A stretch of 64,000 nucleotides of DNA, from assembly GCF_009914755.1 (NCBI RefSeq), contig NC_060936.1; one strand, given 5' to 3'. The notes beneath the pieces are model-generated. The model was not told the origin of the DNA. It searched no databases and worked only from the letters and a program-made list of their open reading frames with translations. The stretch is from the human T2T-CHM13v2.0 reference genome, Homo sapiens. Each line of letters starts with the position of its first letter. The first letter of the stretch is position 1. Position numbers and translations under genes: made by a program. Below are positions 44,643 to 58,820 of this stretch, in pieces.

Positions 44643-44825
44643 TAGACCAGACCACCTGAGTCTGAATCCTGGCCCTACCACTCATATGTCTAGGCAGGTT
44701 ATTTAGCCTCACTGAGCCTTTTTTTCCTCAACTGTAAAATGAGATATTAATAGTCTCTACTTTATAGAGCTCTTATAATAATTAAATAAGGCAAGCGACT
44801 GAATACAGTGACTGACAGAGTATCA
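44643..44825 (+). mobile_element. MIR
   Basis: cctgagtctgaatcctggccctaccactc...ggcaggttatttagcctcactgagcc...ctgtaaaatgagatattaatagt. Confidence 0.85.
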
Positions 44826-47479
44826 TGCTCCTCTTCCTCCTCCTCATCTCTCAAAATTGAATGCACAAAAAATACAACTACGTGACAATAAAATTGAATG
44901 CACAGGTTACATCCCTTTTTGGTGAGACTGTCAGGTTAGGGTTCTTTAAAGAGCAGGCTTTGGGCATTCTGGGTTCATTACCATATAGTTCTAACTTACT
45001 AAGCCAAAGATACAGTCTTAGACTTTTTATAAGGTAAACTGAACAGGAACTCCATGACCTGAAGGTGCTACTAAACCTCTAAGCTGTGAAACTTCAGTCA
45101 TATTTTATGAATAATTTAGGTTTTGTAAGCTCAGTTCATCCATATTTTGGAAGCTTTTCAGACCATCTTCTGTAAAAATTGTACAGCAAGAAACTGACAA
45201 CACATAGAAAGTAAAAAAGAATTCCTACAAACTTTACCTGCCAAATCAATCCATGTATTCATATTTATTGAGTGTCTAGAATCTACGCAGTGAAGAAAAC
45301 TACTTACCATTCTCATGAGCACCCTGTCTTGCACATTGTAGGCACCTAATGCATTTTTTTTCAATTGAAATTTATGACTGTGTTTTTCACAGTAAATGTT
45401 CCCTTTAAAATATCCTCTAAATCACTTCTTTTAAAGTAGATAACCAGTCAAAAGTGGGGCAGTAGCAACTGTTGAACTTAGCAGTAGCCAAAAGCCACCT
45501 TCATCCCGAAATCTAATGACAGCTTCTTGGATGCAGCACATGTGTGTTCTATCTCCATCTCTCTTCTTAAAGACAATCCCTAGGTCTACATCTACTGCTG
45601 ATTTTGCAGTTTTTACTAGTTAGGTCATATTGAGAATGATGATAGCATTAAAAATGAGGTGTTTTATTCTCTCTTATCCCTTGCCACAGTCAGTAGAAAA
45701 AGGAGGGGGAAGTAGGGAAGCCCATCACTATTGTTCCACAGCACTGAAATCATTGCTTTTTAAGAAATGGCACACAAGTGGTACCATTTATCAAGTGGTA
45801 CTATTTATGTCTCTGTAAGAAAAATTCCTGTCTAATGCAAAATTGTTTTACAAATGAAGATTATTGGTACTTACTGAGGAAAGGATAAGTTGAAATACGT
45901 TCAAAAATATTGAATGAAAGATGTTTTGTCATTCTACTCATGGTTTACTAAGAAAGATTTAAATTTCTTCACATTAATCAGACTGCTACCTTTAGTGCAA
46001 TTAAATGTCACATAATTGACTGTTATCTTGAGTCTTGTCATATAGAAAAAGGTAGGCTAGGTATGCCCAAGTTTGTTTCAGAAATAATTAATACTTTTAA
46101 ATTATGAATTAGGTGTATTACTGATGTTATTTTATACGTATTTTTGAATAGCCTCTCCAAAGAAATCACAGGCATCTCATAATTTCATATAATAATGAGC
46201 GAACCTTTCTTCCAGCTCATCCATTTAGAGCTCCGATTTTGGCCATTTACTCTCAGGTGCTCCACTCTCCTCAAGCTGATATTGGCATGAGATTAGGGAA
46301 TACCAACGCCCCAGTCACATGGAGCCAGTGTTGATGAGACTAATTGGATTACTCACTGGCTTAATTCCCCTTGTATGCTAAGGTGGGAAAGGGATAACAA
46401 TGTATGTGAAAGTCCAAAGTCCCCTTCAAGCTACACTCCAACACAAGCTATGGCTATTACCATTTCCCCACATTGGCTTATTATGGTGACCTTCATTGCT
46501 CCTGAAGGACTGCTTTACTTAGTCTTCCCTTTTCATGTTATCAATTCACAGCATAGAATTATAGTTCTCTATTTCTGTATAGCCCAGAATTTGAGTTTAG
46601 TTGAATTTCTCATTCTTACCCGTTAAAACTTGGACAGCTGCAGAAAACATGTTTCTTAATACAATTTTGTGTTTCTTGCTGCTACTAAAGCAGAAAGAAT
46701 GGCAGCCCCATTGACTAGTATTAGTGAAACTTTGTGAAAATCTTACGAAGATGTTAATGTTCCTTTTGGCTGTGCTTCCAGTGGCTTAGCTGTTTATGCG
46801 AAACTTTGCCTGGATGTCTTACAAGACCAGTGATTCTATCAGGTTTTGTTTTCCTCTGCCTTGGGATAGATGTGTTGCCAGAGTCATATTCCTTATAATA
46901 CTGTTATTTGGCTCCAGTTTTATACTAAAACCAAGGACATAGTCAGGTAATGATTTGTGAAAGAAGAAAATAAACTTATAATTGCTGGCAAGAATAGAAA
47001 ATCTTTTATCAAAATATTTAAATATGATATTCTGAATAATTTTTATCAATATCGGGAAAAGTTTTTTTGCTGAATTAAAAACAATTCCAAACCTGAATAA
47101 TTTAATTTTCCTTCTTTTCTCAGTTAGTGATGAAGCTCAGCCTACAGGTGGACATTTTCATATACATATGAATCTCACCATCTTCATATTTCTAGTCTTT
47201 TCATTTGTTCCTGAAACCACTTATGCTTACTGTTTTTTTAATCTCAACAAAGACTATTTCTGAAATTTATACAGATCACAGGTCTCTTAAATCACAATTA
47301 ATAATTTCTAGTTTATAGCTTTCTAATATGGCTCTTGTAAGATATGAATGAAATACATGACTTTAATTTAATAGAGGCCACATATATTTTGACCTCTTTG
47401 CTCATTCATACCTACTCTGTACCAACTGTGTGCTGGGGATACCAGGGAGCACAAAGCCCTCTGCTTACGTTGATGGGAT

Positions 47480-47792
47480 CTTCTTTTCTTTTCTTTTCTT
47501 TTTTCTTTTCCTTCCTTCCTCCCTTCCTCCCTTTCTCTTTCCCTCCCTCCCTGTGCCTTTCCTTTCCTTTCCTTTCCTTTCCTTTCCTTTCCTTTCCTTT
47601 CCTTTCCTTTCCTTTCCTTTCCTTTCCTCCCTCCCTCCCTCCCTCCCTCCCTCCTTCCTTCCTTCCTTCCTTCCTTCCTTCCTTCCTTCCTTCCTTCCAC
47701 TCTCTCTCTTTCTTTCTCTCTTTCTTCCTTTATTTTCTTTCCTTTTTCTTTATTTTCTTTCTCTCTTTCTTTCTTTTCCTTTTTCTTTTCTT
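47480..47792. repeat. Compound pyrimidine microsatellite, (CCTTT)14-(CCTC)~7-(CCTT)11 plus CT-rich flanks; expanded Alu tail
   Basis: Counted directly: CCTTT x14 at 47556-47625 and CCTT x11 at 47653-47696; abuts the 3' end of a minus-strand Alu. Confidence 0.95.
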
Positions 47793-47913
47793 CGTCAGGG
47801 TCTTGCCTTGTCACTCAGGGTGGAGTGCAGTGGCGTGAACACAGCTCACTGCAGCCTCAACCTGACAGGCTCAAGTGATCCTACCACCTCAACCTTCCAA
47901 GTAGCTGAGACTA
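47793..47913 (-). mobile_element. Partial AluJ-type right arm
   Basis: cagggtcttgccttgtcactcagggtggagtgcagtggcgtgaacacagctcactgcagcctcaacc...ggctcaagtgatcct. Confidence 0.85.
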
Positions 47914-49044
47914 TGGTTAAAATAATGTCGAATTCAAAATAATTTTAAGAAATATTTGAAGATAAGATGTCACTTTAAATATCTTATTGTCCTGTAGGAA
48001 AGCACAGAAAAAGTTCTAAAATACTAACTTAGCATGGTCTTTGAAATAGATCAACTTTTGAATCCTCACACTTCACTTATTTGGCACAAATTACACTTAT
48101 CTTTTTGTACTCATTTTGTTCTCTTTAAAAAATAAAGATAATAAAAGTATCATCCTTCTAGAAGTGAGTGAGGACTATATGATATAATATATACAAAGAC
48201 CGCCACCAGGTAGTTTTTTAATGCTTGTGCCTTTTTTTAGTATCATTATTAATGTTATCATTATTGTTATTAAAAGCAAGTGTTTATAGAAATAGGGTTA
48301 TGAAAATTTGAAAATCATAGGCATAAATAAGCTTTAGCCTATGGCTCAGATGGCATTTGCAGTTTATGCATATCATGCTGATTTAACTGACACTTTTTTT
48401 TTCCAAATTTTAATTCCTTCTCCTATTTTCAGTGAGATGTATTTTTATTTTTCTACTCAGTTTGTTGTCCTACTCATTATTGTGAACATAGGAATGAAGG
48501 GGTGCTTGGAAATGTCTAGATTATCTTGGCCATTCTCTTGTTATATTCAGTGATGTCAGTAAGACATGCTCCTTTAGGAACTGTGTGGTTTATGAGCCTG
48601 GAATGTCATATGCAAAAGAAATATTCCTAACTCTATATTTTATGGCTAAAGGTTATAGAAAGATTATTAGTTGACTTTCTTTTGAGATGGAATATTTTAG
48701 TCATGCTTTAAAAATGAGATTCTAAATTATTTTTAATTTTCTTATTTGAAAGTAAATAGTTTCTAATAACTAAAGTATGAAATTACTTTGTAATTCTGAG
48801 ATATGCAATATCCATATCCACCTATATTTAGTTCATATATTTCAGCTGGGTTATTTATTGAACTATTCCTTGCCATTAAAAAATTATATATAGTAGATTT
48901 TATCTTTATGCTAAACAGATTCTTCTTAGTCATTCAACTTGCTAGAATCCCCCAATCTCACCCATAGCAAAAGATTTTAGTTACTACTCCCATAAGAAGA
49001 AAACCTTCCCATTTTCAATTTATTCAGTTTTCACCTTTTACCTC

Positions 49045-49425
49045 TATTAGGTGGCACTTGCTAGGTATAACAGTAACAACCCCATCAAAGCAAAGTTTTA
49101 TTTCTTGCTCATGTTAAATATTATTCAAGGATCCTCTTAAAGTCTTTTTCATCCTGAGACTCAAATTGAGGAATAATCCTTAACTGGGGCTTGCCAAGAT
49201 AATGGCAGATGGAAAGAGAGAAGTTGTGAGACTGCACATCGGTTCTTACACCTTCTGCTCAGGGGAGGCACATGTTTCATGTCTCTCCTACTCACATTTC
49301 ATTAGCCAAAGTTAGTCACATAGTCAAGCCTGAAGATAACTTTATGGGAAAGTATAATTTTCCTGTAGCAATGGGCCTGTGGGAGGGGTGGCACTAAAAT
49401 ATTTAGACAAAACTAGTTTACCACA
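49045..49425 (-). mobile_element. Old MaLR LTR (MLT1K/L-like)
   Basis: aaagttttatttcttgctcatg; ctcacatttcattagccaaagttagtcacatagtcaagcctga; ends taccaca. Confidence 0.65.
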
Positions 49426-49734
49426 CTACCTTCATATTGCTGTCTTTGCACGTTGAAATGTGCCTTCTTCTCTCTAATTCTACAATATCACCTGTTCATT
49501 CCTTAAACATATATTGAGTATATATTACAGGTGCCACATAATTAGTAATTGTGTAAACTTTAATATCAAGGGTTGTAACCTGAAAGAAATATCTACTAAC
49601 ATTCTTAACTCTTCTCCTGGTATGTCTATGCATAGTGAATAATTTTTATAATGTTTTCCCTGAAAGTTTCACCTCACTCCCCTTTTATGATTCCAAATTT
49701 CAGAGATGATTTGGACTTTTTAAGTAAGAGAGAT

Positions 49735-49900
49735 ATGATTGGGATTCTAACTCTGTGATTTATTAGCTATGTGATCTTGGTCAAATTATTAATTTTCTTG
49801 GATGTTTAGTTTCCTCAAAGGAATGTGGAACTATTATAACCTCAGACATTAAATTGCATAGAATATGTGAATCACCTGGCTCAGTGCTTGATGCATTATA
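49735..49900 (+). mobile_element. MIR
   Basis: ttattagctatgtgatcttggtcaaattattaatttt...tagtttcctc. Confidence 0.65.
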
Positions 49901-49909
49901 AAGCCTTAT

Positions 49910-50465
49910 GCAATTCATATCTTGTCTCACTTCCATCAGAACCTTCTGAGACCCCATTTCACTCAGAATTAAGTAGAAGTTCTCTTTGTATCCTACAAAC
50001 TTCAAAGTGATCTGACCCCGTGACTCTTTTCCTTGCTTACTTTGCTTCAACTACCTTGGACTTCTTCATGATCCAAAATGCACAAAGCACACTCCAGGCT
50101 TGGTGTCTTGGCCACTGCTGTTCCCAGTAGAATATTTTTTCTTAAGTGTCTGAGTTTTGCTTTATCATTTTATTCTGAATAAATTGCATTTCGTCAGAGA
50201 TGCCTGTGACCATTCTACTTAAGATATAAATCTTTTCATCACTCTCTATCCTTTTACCTGGATATACTTTTTTCCTGTTTTGATTTCTTATCACCTGACA
50301 CGCATATTTGTTGTTTACTGATTTATGCATTGTCTTCCCTCTAGAATTTAAACTCCAAAAAAGAAAAAAAAACAGAGACTATTTTGTTCATTGTACAGCC
50401 TAGTACCTACAATGTTAGTTGGCCCTTAAGTGGGTGGTTAATAAATGATAAGTAAATACATGAAA
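49910..50465 (+). mobile_element. L2 3' portion
   Basis: cccatttcactcagaattaag, aagcacactccagg, tcagagatgcctgtgaccattc, tgtcttccctctagaatttaaactcc, ttaataaatgataagtaaat. Confidence 0.75.
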
Positions 50466-50959
50466 TATATAATCTGTCACTCAAGAAAATCAACAACATG
50501 TTTGGCCAGAGGAAACAAGCACAGGGGCCCCATATCTTCTTTTTATCACTGCATACCCCAAGTTTGTCTTTGGAAAGTTCCTTAATACATAATTTTTGTA
50601 TTTATACTTTTATTACCCAAGTAACCAGTTATACGCAGTCTAAATAGCTAGAAATTGCTGATAATACAAAGAGCCGTACAAAATATGTGTTATAATACTT
50701 TTTCAAAAAAGTCTTTGAAATGTTCTTTGTTATAGGCAGAAATTGGTCTGTTTAAAATATAAAATACACTTAGGCAAATGAGCTAGAGATAGGGGAGAAA
50801 TTACCTGTTTTTGGAAATAAATGAGAGAAAATATCAAACTTTGAAGTAAGAGCAATGAATTCAATAGTAAAGAAGTGAAATAATTTTGCAACATTTGAAA
50901 AGTTTGAGAATTTAAGGTTTTTTATTTAAGAGGCTAGGATTTTTCATTTAAGCCAAAGC

Positions 50960-51118
50960 ATCATTTCAATATGTTCTTAATCTCAAAATTGTTAATGAAA
51001 TCATTTACATCTTTTCATAATTATTCTTTCAAAGCTGATGTGGTCTCAATTTGGGCTGGCCCCATTCTGAGTGCTCAGTTGCGTTTGTGGCTAGCAGCTG
51101 CCACATTGGACAGCACAG
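50960..51118. mobile_element. MER3/MER33-type hAT fragment
   Basis: gtgctcagttgcgtttgtggctagcagctgccacattggacagcacag terminus. Confidence 0.6.
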
Positions 51119-51274
51119 TCCCACTGCACCCTGCCACGCCAGTCTATATGAATGCTTCCTCATGACATCCTTAATCCCTATATTGGTTATTGATTTTTTC
51201 TATGTTTAATACACAAAACAATGTTTCATTGTTTTTAATTTACATTTTTTATTATTACAAAGATTTTTCATAAC

Positions 51275-51460
51275 TGTTATTTATTGAGAGTCACCTGTAT
51301 ACTAGAACTGTAGTAGTTGCCTTACAAATATTATTTAGCTCTTCATAAAAGACAAAAAGATGTTAAAGGGAAAATGGGGTACAGAAGTATTACAAAGCTT
51401 GCCTAAATTCACATGGATTAAAAGGTGGAGCTGGTATTCAATCTCAGGTCTTTCTTTTTG
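51275..51460 (-). mobile_element. MIR
   Basis: cttgcctaaattcacatgg...aaggtggagctggtattcaatctcaggtcttt. Confidence 0.55.
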
Positions 51461-53077
51461 ACTGACTTAGGAATTGGTGTAGGGCTAGTAGGCCTGAGAT
51501 TCCAGGAAACTATAAATTGAACTTTATCTGATAATGAAACTATGTTAATTGAAATACATGTAAAGCTTTAAATATTGTCCTCCGATGCCTAGATAACTTA
51601 TCAAATAATTGTCACTACCAAAGGTAGCTGAAGTTAACCTGAGAAGTGTGCTCTATATGGATTAAATTTCATTAATATAGTTACCTGTTATGTTAGTTCA
51701 GTGAAACAAATATTGACCACCATGGTGTGGGTAGTCAGCACTCTACTAACAAATGTGCAAGTGTTAAATAAAGTTGCTCATTGGTGAAGACGGTCTGATT
51801 TTTATTTTTTTTTAACATTTCTGGATCATATTCCAGTTTGATTCCAAAAGAACTAATGACTTTTTCCTAGTAAATTAGTTGATCTGCCCCTTATTGCTGT
51901 TTTCTGGATTCTGAAGATCTGTATCATAACTTTGGTTGAAGTTATGATTCAATATGCACTGGGTTTCTGCTTGCAGCAGATACCCAAAGAGTGGAATTAA
52001 AGTAGCCTCTTTGTATATTAATACGTGTTTTCTTTCTAGGATCAGTTATAAATCTGAGGGAATTGGAATCTTCTCAATGGTGATTTGACTATTCGAGACT
52101 TTTGAACATTGTGAGCACCAGAATGTCTCTGGTGTTAGAATATGCTTGATATTTTGAATCTCATTTTGAACCAATATTAAATCCAGATATGGCAGGAAAT
52201 ATCCATGTGTATAAAGCAAGTAGTGTTTTTACAGTCACTGAGTAGCCATGTAAAAACTTCCAAATAATTTTTCAATTGTCAGGATTTTAGTTTCACATCC
52301 AGGTGGAGATCAATTTTATGCTGAGGCAATATCTTGGCCTTGGTACCACTGTCCTAAGTGGAGTAGGAATGGGAAGATTGAGTTCTGGAGAACCACAGAG
52401 CAGCATGCAAGTTTGTTTTGGAGACAGAGTTTCTTGCCATACATGTGAATTTCGAAGGAGAACGCTAAGCTGCATTAGCATCTCTAAGCCTTCACTGTTG
52501 ATTTTGGCTATTGTTTAGTGTCACTTGTACTAGTAGCAGTTGGAGAGTTTGAAAAGGCATCTGTAGCCTTGTTTTTAATATTAGTCTAGCTGTCCGTAAG
52601 TAGAACGTCAAAGCCATCATTGTGAAGAAGTTGCATTGAAAATGAACTCCATTTTGGATGAAATTCTTGGTATAAATTAAAGAAACATTATCAGTCATAT
52701 GAGGCTTCGTATGTGACTTTTTTCAGTGTTGAGTTACAGGGTAGGCTTTAGTGTCTGTTTGGAACAACACACAGCATACAAAGAGGGGGAAGAAGGTAGA
52801 AAATCAAAGCTGTCAGCCACAATGTTTCAAAACTTTTATCAAGCTCAAGTGTGAGTCAGGCAATTACGAGTACTAGGAGGCAGGACCATCATGAGTTTTG
52901 AGTGATAGCATTTTGCACAGAGAACTGAATTTCTAGAAAATAAAATTAATGTGAAGCAATCCCTGACCACTTTAAAAGCAAAAGAAACCCCACCCTATTT
53001 CTGCTGTCTCTCCACTTCGGGAATTCCACTGTCTCTCACTGAAAGAGGAGAGATTTAAGGCCATTCAGCAGCATCTT

Positions 53078-53475
<398 letters not shown>

Positions 53476-53519
53476 TAAATTCTCTTATCATGGAAAATGT
53501 TTAAAACATGACTATTCCA

Positions 53520-54677
<1,158 letters not shown>

Positions 54678-54763
54678 TCACTTTCAAACAGGGATCGTTG
54701 TTATAAAGTTGTATTTAGTCCATTGAACTCCTTCTCAAATTTCCACCCAGGCTTCATGGGTTT

Positions 54764-54764
54764 T

Positions 54765-54796
<32 letters not shown>
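54764..54796. repeat. (TTG)~10 microsatellite
   Basis: Directly visible trinucleotide run. Confidence 0.9.
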
Positions 54797-57349
54797 AAAT
54801 GTGTAGTTTCTGGCTGATGGTTTTCCATTGTGAGAAAAAGGTAGTAATGTTGTTACTACTCTAGACAATACTACTCTTCAGAGCCTATTTATATTGAAGC
54901 AATATGGACTTTACCTCTCCAGTAAAGGCTTCCAGTGGCTCTCTGAGAGGTTGTTCCTGCACACAATTGTAATCACACATGGATAACTTACACAGAGTAT
55001 GGAGGGAAATGTGAACCTTAATTTGTTTCTAGTCATGTTGCATTTCCCATTCAGAATTTTAGAGCATGAACATAGAATAACACATTTTCCAACCATATCT
55101 TGAACTTTTTTGTGCTGTAATATCTGCCTTCATGGAATGTGATGTCTGTAAATATAGACTGTACCCCTGCCTTGTACATACTGCCTCCAGGAGAGAAGAG
55201 GTGACTGGTCCTTGGGTGGAGAGAGAAGAGTGGTCTCATTTATGCAAGGAATATTGGTCCCTTAACCATACAGATTATAGAAGGTAGGAGAGGGCATTGA
55301 TCAAAAGGGCCATTAGCGTTAAAGAAAAAATGATCTTTAAAGGCCTCTGAGGAGTAGGTAAATATGGTCATCACCAGAGAACTTCCTCACTGTTAGCACA
55401 GAACCTGCTAAACAGGAGAGGTTTCAGCTTTGGTTTTTGTGGGTCAGGGGCTCACAGGATAAAGAATGCCTGCTGCAACCCTTGCTGCCCTCAACTTCTG
55501 TAGACCAGCATCATCATCATTGTTAGGATATGGGCAGGTGAGAGCTGAGGTGTGAACTCATGAGGCTCAAACCCTAATACGAGTAATGCACCATTGGTTG
55601 TGCAGAGGTCTGAACTCATCCTCTGTCCAACCTGAATGAACATCAGTCAAAATTAATTATGTATGCTTCATTTTTGCAGCCTAATTTTGTGTAGTTCTCT
55701 GAAGGAAATATTACACTGCCCTGTGGGAGGGACCCCTTGCCAGGATGCTCTCTTGGAACTAGGACAAGGTCACCAAATCCTGAGATAAGTGTGTCATTAA
55801 GCTCCTTGGAGCATCTGGTTGACCTCATACTTGGGATAAAGTGTTGGAGAGAGCTCTAGACATAATTAGGAATGGGTCCCACACAGTTCCAGTCTGAATT
55901 TAAAACACCCCATCCAGATAGTACTACAGATTTTGGCTGGTCCAGCTATCAGAGAGGGACAGTGAATATATCAAGTAAGGCACTCAAAGCATGGAATACT
56001 CCGAGGCCTGGGATCCAGGAGAGGGGCCTCGTTTTCCTGGTTGTGAAGGGGACACTCCTGCTACAGATGTTCAATTATGTGGAAACAGTTTTCTTCTCTG
56101 CCCTAAGTCATCTTTTCTTTCCACTAAATTTGTCCTTCTCAACTTCTTTATTCCCACAAGTGGATGAATGCCTTCTGAAGTACAGCAACATTTTTAGATG
56201 CAGTTCTCTTATATGTGTTACCATCTGTGCACAGGCAGTGTCTTTTCTAATTATGTTGTACATTGTATCATCTGCATTGTTTATGTGTTTATTTGGTATT
56301 CATATACTGAGTAATAGAATCTGTTCAAAATCAATAAAATCACCCTGCTTGCCACTTGTCAAATGCAAATGTTACCACATAGGCAATCATAGTCATTTTG
56401 TTGCATGTTTTAAGGGTCATTTACAGAACCCTGGCCATCTTGTAATTGGTACCAGTCATTGGTGATGTTGAAAGGAATATGAAAATAAACTAGGTTTGAA
56501 CAATTTTGATTTAGGGATTTAAAGACAAATTTAATTTAGAAACCTTTCAAGATCACTTTAATCAAGTTCCAAAATAGAATTCAACTACATTTAAATTGAT
56601 ATATCATTTATTTGAAGAGGAAATTAATTTTCTATATTACTTCATAGGATTTTTCAAAAGAGAGCCTCGTTTAATAAATTAGTTCTACAGTGTTTTTAAA
56701 GCCAATAGAATGTTTCATTATTGTTAGCTTCACTGAATTTTATTATTCCTTAACTATTTTACTCTCTTGTAGGAGATCTATGCTTGTGAATTAGCTAAGA
56801 GATCTGGAGTAGCTAATTACATAAATTTTTATGTATATTCATGTCAGTGTATAGGTGACATTTGCGACAGCAAGTCTAGGTCATTGTTTTGGAAACTATC
56901 CCAGTTCGTGTAACATATATCCATCCCATTCAGGAAGCATCTGGGTATGTAGCTGCATGGCAGCCCTCTCCATGCCCTCTTGTAAAAATCCCTTAATGGT
57001 GCATTATCAGTTGTGTTATAGAAACCTGCTTAAAAGGTTTCATGAATCATAAAACATTATGAAGGCTATTAAATTTTTAAAATAGTATTTGGAAAGGGGA
57101 AGTCCCCAGAAATCCTGATCTTTTCAACTTCCTTCTCTACTAAAATCTTTTTGAAAGAACATAATGTTTTCATAACCTGGGCTGAAGGAGACTTCTGACT
57201 TAGTTTTGCTACCAGATCTGAATTCCTCATGCTCCAAGATTCTCTGATCTCTTTGAGACCCTTTTGCCAGCCACTTTGGCCTCAGTTCTGTTCTCTATTG
57301 CCTCTCAAAATATCACTGTCTGCTGTTTGCTCCATAACTCCAAATTTGT

Positions 57350-58260
57350 TCACTGATCAAAACCTAATTGTGAAAGGATCCCCTGAAATCTAGGTACCAT
57401 GCCAGTTACATATGCTATGGAGATGAATGATCAGTTTCAATGAGGTGCCTTTGAAGCACACATGCTACTGGAAGAGAAGTCCGTTACAAAAGAATATGGT
57501 AGGTGATGCAGAGACTCACAAGAGCACAAAAGCAGCAGCAGATGAGTATCTGAGCCACTCAGTTAAGGTGATTTTTAAGCTATTTATCAGGAAGCCAAAG
57601 ATGAAAGGGGCAATCCAAATGAAAGAAAGAACATGAACAAAGACATGCAGTCCTGAAGGAACAGGAAGTATTAGAGAACAACTATGACTAGAGCCTAGAG
57701 TTCATGTGGGGGATGGTGAGAACTGAGAATGGAAAAGTAGAGAAGGTAAAAAGTTGAAGAAAAGGAAATGAAAGATCACTCAAGTTAGGCATGCAGACTG
57801 GGAATAGAAGTCAGAAAAAGAAGCCCTGAAGAATCCAACTAGATATGAAAAGAATACTGAGATTAAAATTAGAGAAGAGGGACAAGCAAGATAAAATTAT
57901 AACACAAAAACAAGAAGAAAAAATATATAATAAAAGAGGAGGGAGTCGGTGGTGAAATTTGCACGAGGGACATGAAACCAAGTGAGAAATGTGAAATTAT
58001 TGTTGAATTTCAGACCAAGATCTGTGTCAGTGGATGGGCATGAGGGAGAGGCAGAAATTGCCATCAGTTAAGAAATTTAAGGGATATGAGCAAGAGGAGA
58101 TATTGAATGGTCAAATTTCTTGACGGAGAAGAGAGAAAGGAAATGGCAAATGAAGACTTATCCAGGCTGTCTATTTTTTCCCCTCCCAGCTAATAAAAAT
58201 AAACTTAGCTCACGTTTATCACACTAGGGAAAAGAAGGAGCTGGAGGAAAAGGAAGACAG
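57350..58260 (-). mobile_element. L2 body fragments
   Basis: aaagaacatgaacaaagacatgcagtcctga, gagcctagagttcatgtgggggatggtgag, purine-rich antisense L2 pattern. Confidence 0.5.
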
Positions 58261-58644
58261 TGAAGAAACAGGAAATAGAAGAAATTATAATTACTTTAAA
58301 AGAAGGTGTGAAAAATCTTTCAGTTCCTTTCACACATGAACACCACCTTTTTCTCTCTCTTCATTTCCTCTCAAAGGAAAACTTAACTCCCACTTTGGTA
58401 CAACTCTAAGTCACCAACAAAGCTATTCTTTTTATCTTAGTCTCAGAACTTGGCTCACACTTTCTCTAGTGGCTGGCCAATTTTATTTCCCAATTATCTT
58501 GGCCTAAATACACATTCATCAACTTGCTGTCTAATGTGGATAATGGCCAAGGGAATGTTTTTAATATTAGGAGAGGATAATTTTAGCATTTAAAATGTAT
58601 TGATAGATTTGTATTGAAGAAAAATAAAAGGATAGTTACAGGGC

Positions 58645-58756
58645 ATCTGACAAGTCACTTAAATTCTCAACTTCAGTCTCTTTCTATTTTTTAAAATGGT
58701 GATCTTGACCAAATCATATCTAGGGTTTGGTCCAACTTAAAAATTCTAGGATTCTA
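58645..58756 (+). mobile_element. MIR3-like fragment
   Basis: gacaagtcacttaaattctcaacttcagt...aaaatgg...tccaacttaaaaattctaggattcta. Confidence 0.65.
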
Positions 58757-58776
58757 AAAAACAGGCAATTAAGTTT

Positions 58777-58777
<1 letters not shown>

Positions 58778-58820
<43 letters not shown>

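Noticed and set aside
47344-47942. Three long ORFs (148-170 aa)
   Set aside because: They are translations of a stop-free microsatellite plus Alu sequence.
52020-52450. Acceptor-like sites at 52039 and 52302
   Set aside because: No good paired donors and no recognisable peptides.
54905-54975. Possible 42-nt minus-strand exon (EQPLREPLEAFTGE)
   Set aside because: The acceptor lacks a pyrimidine tract and there are no supporting neighbouring exons.
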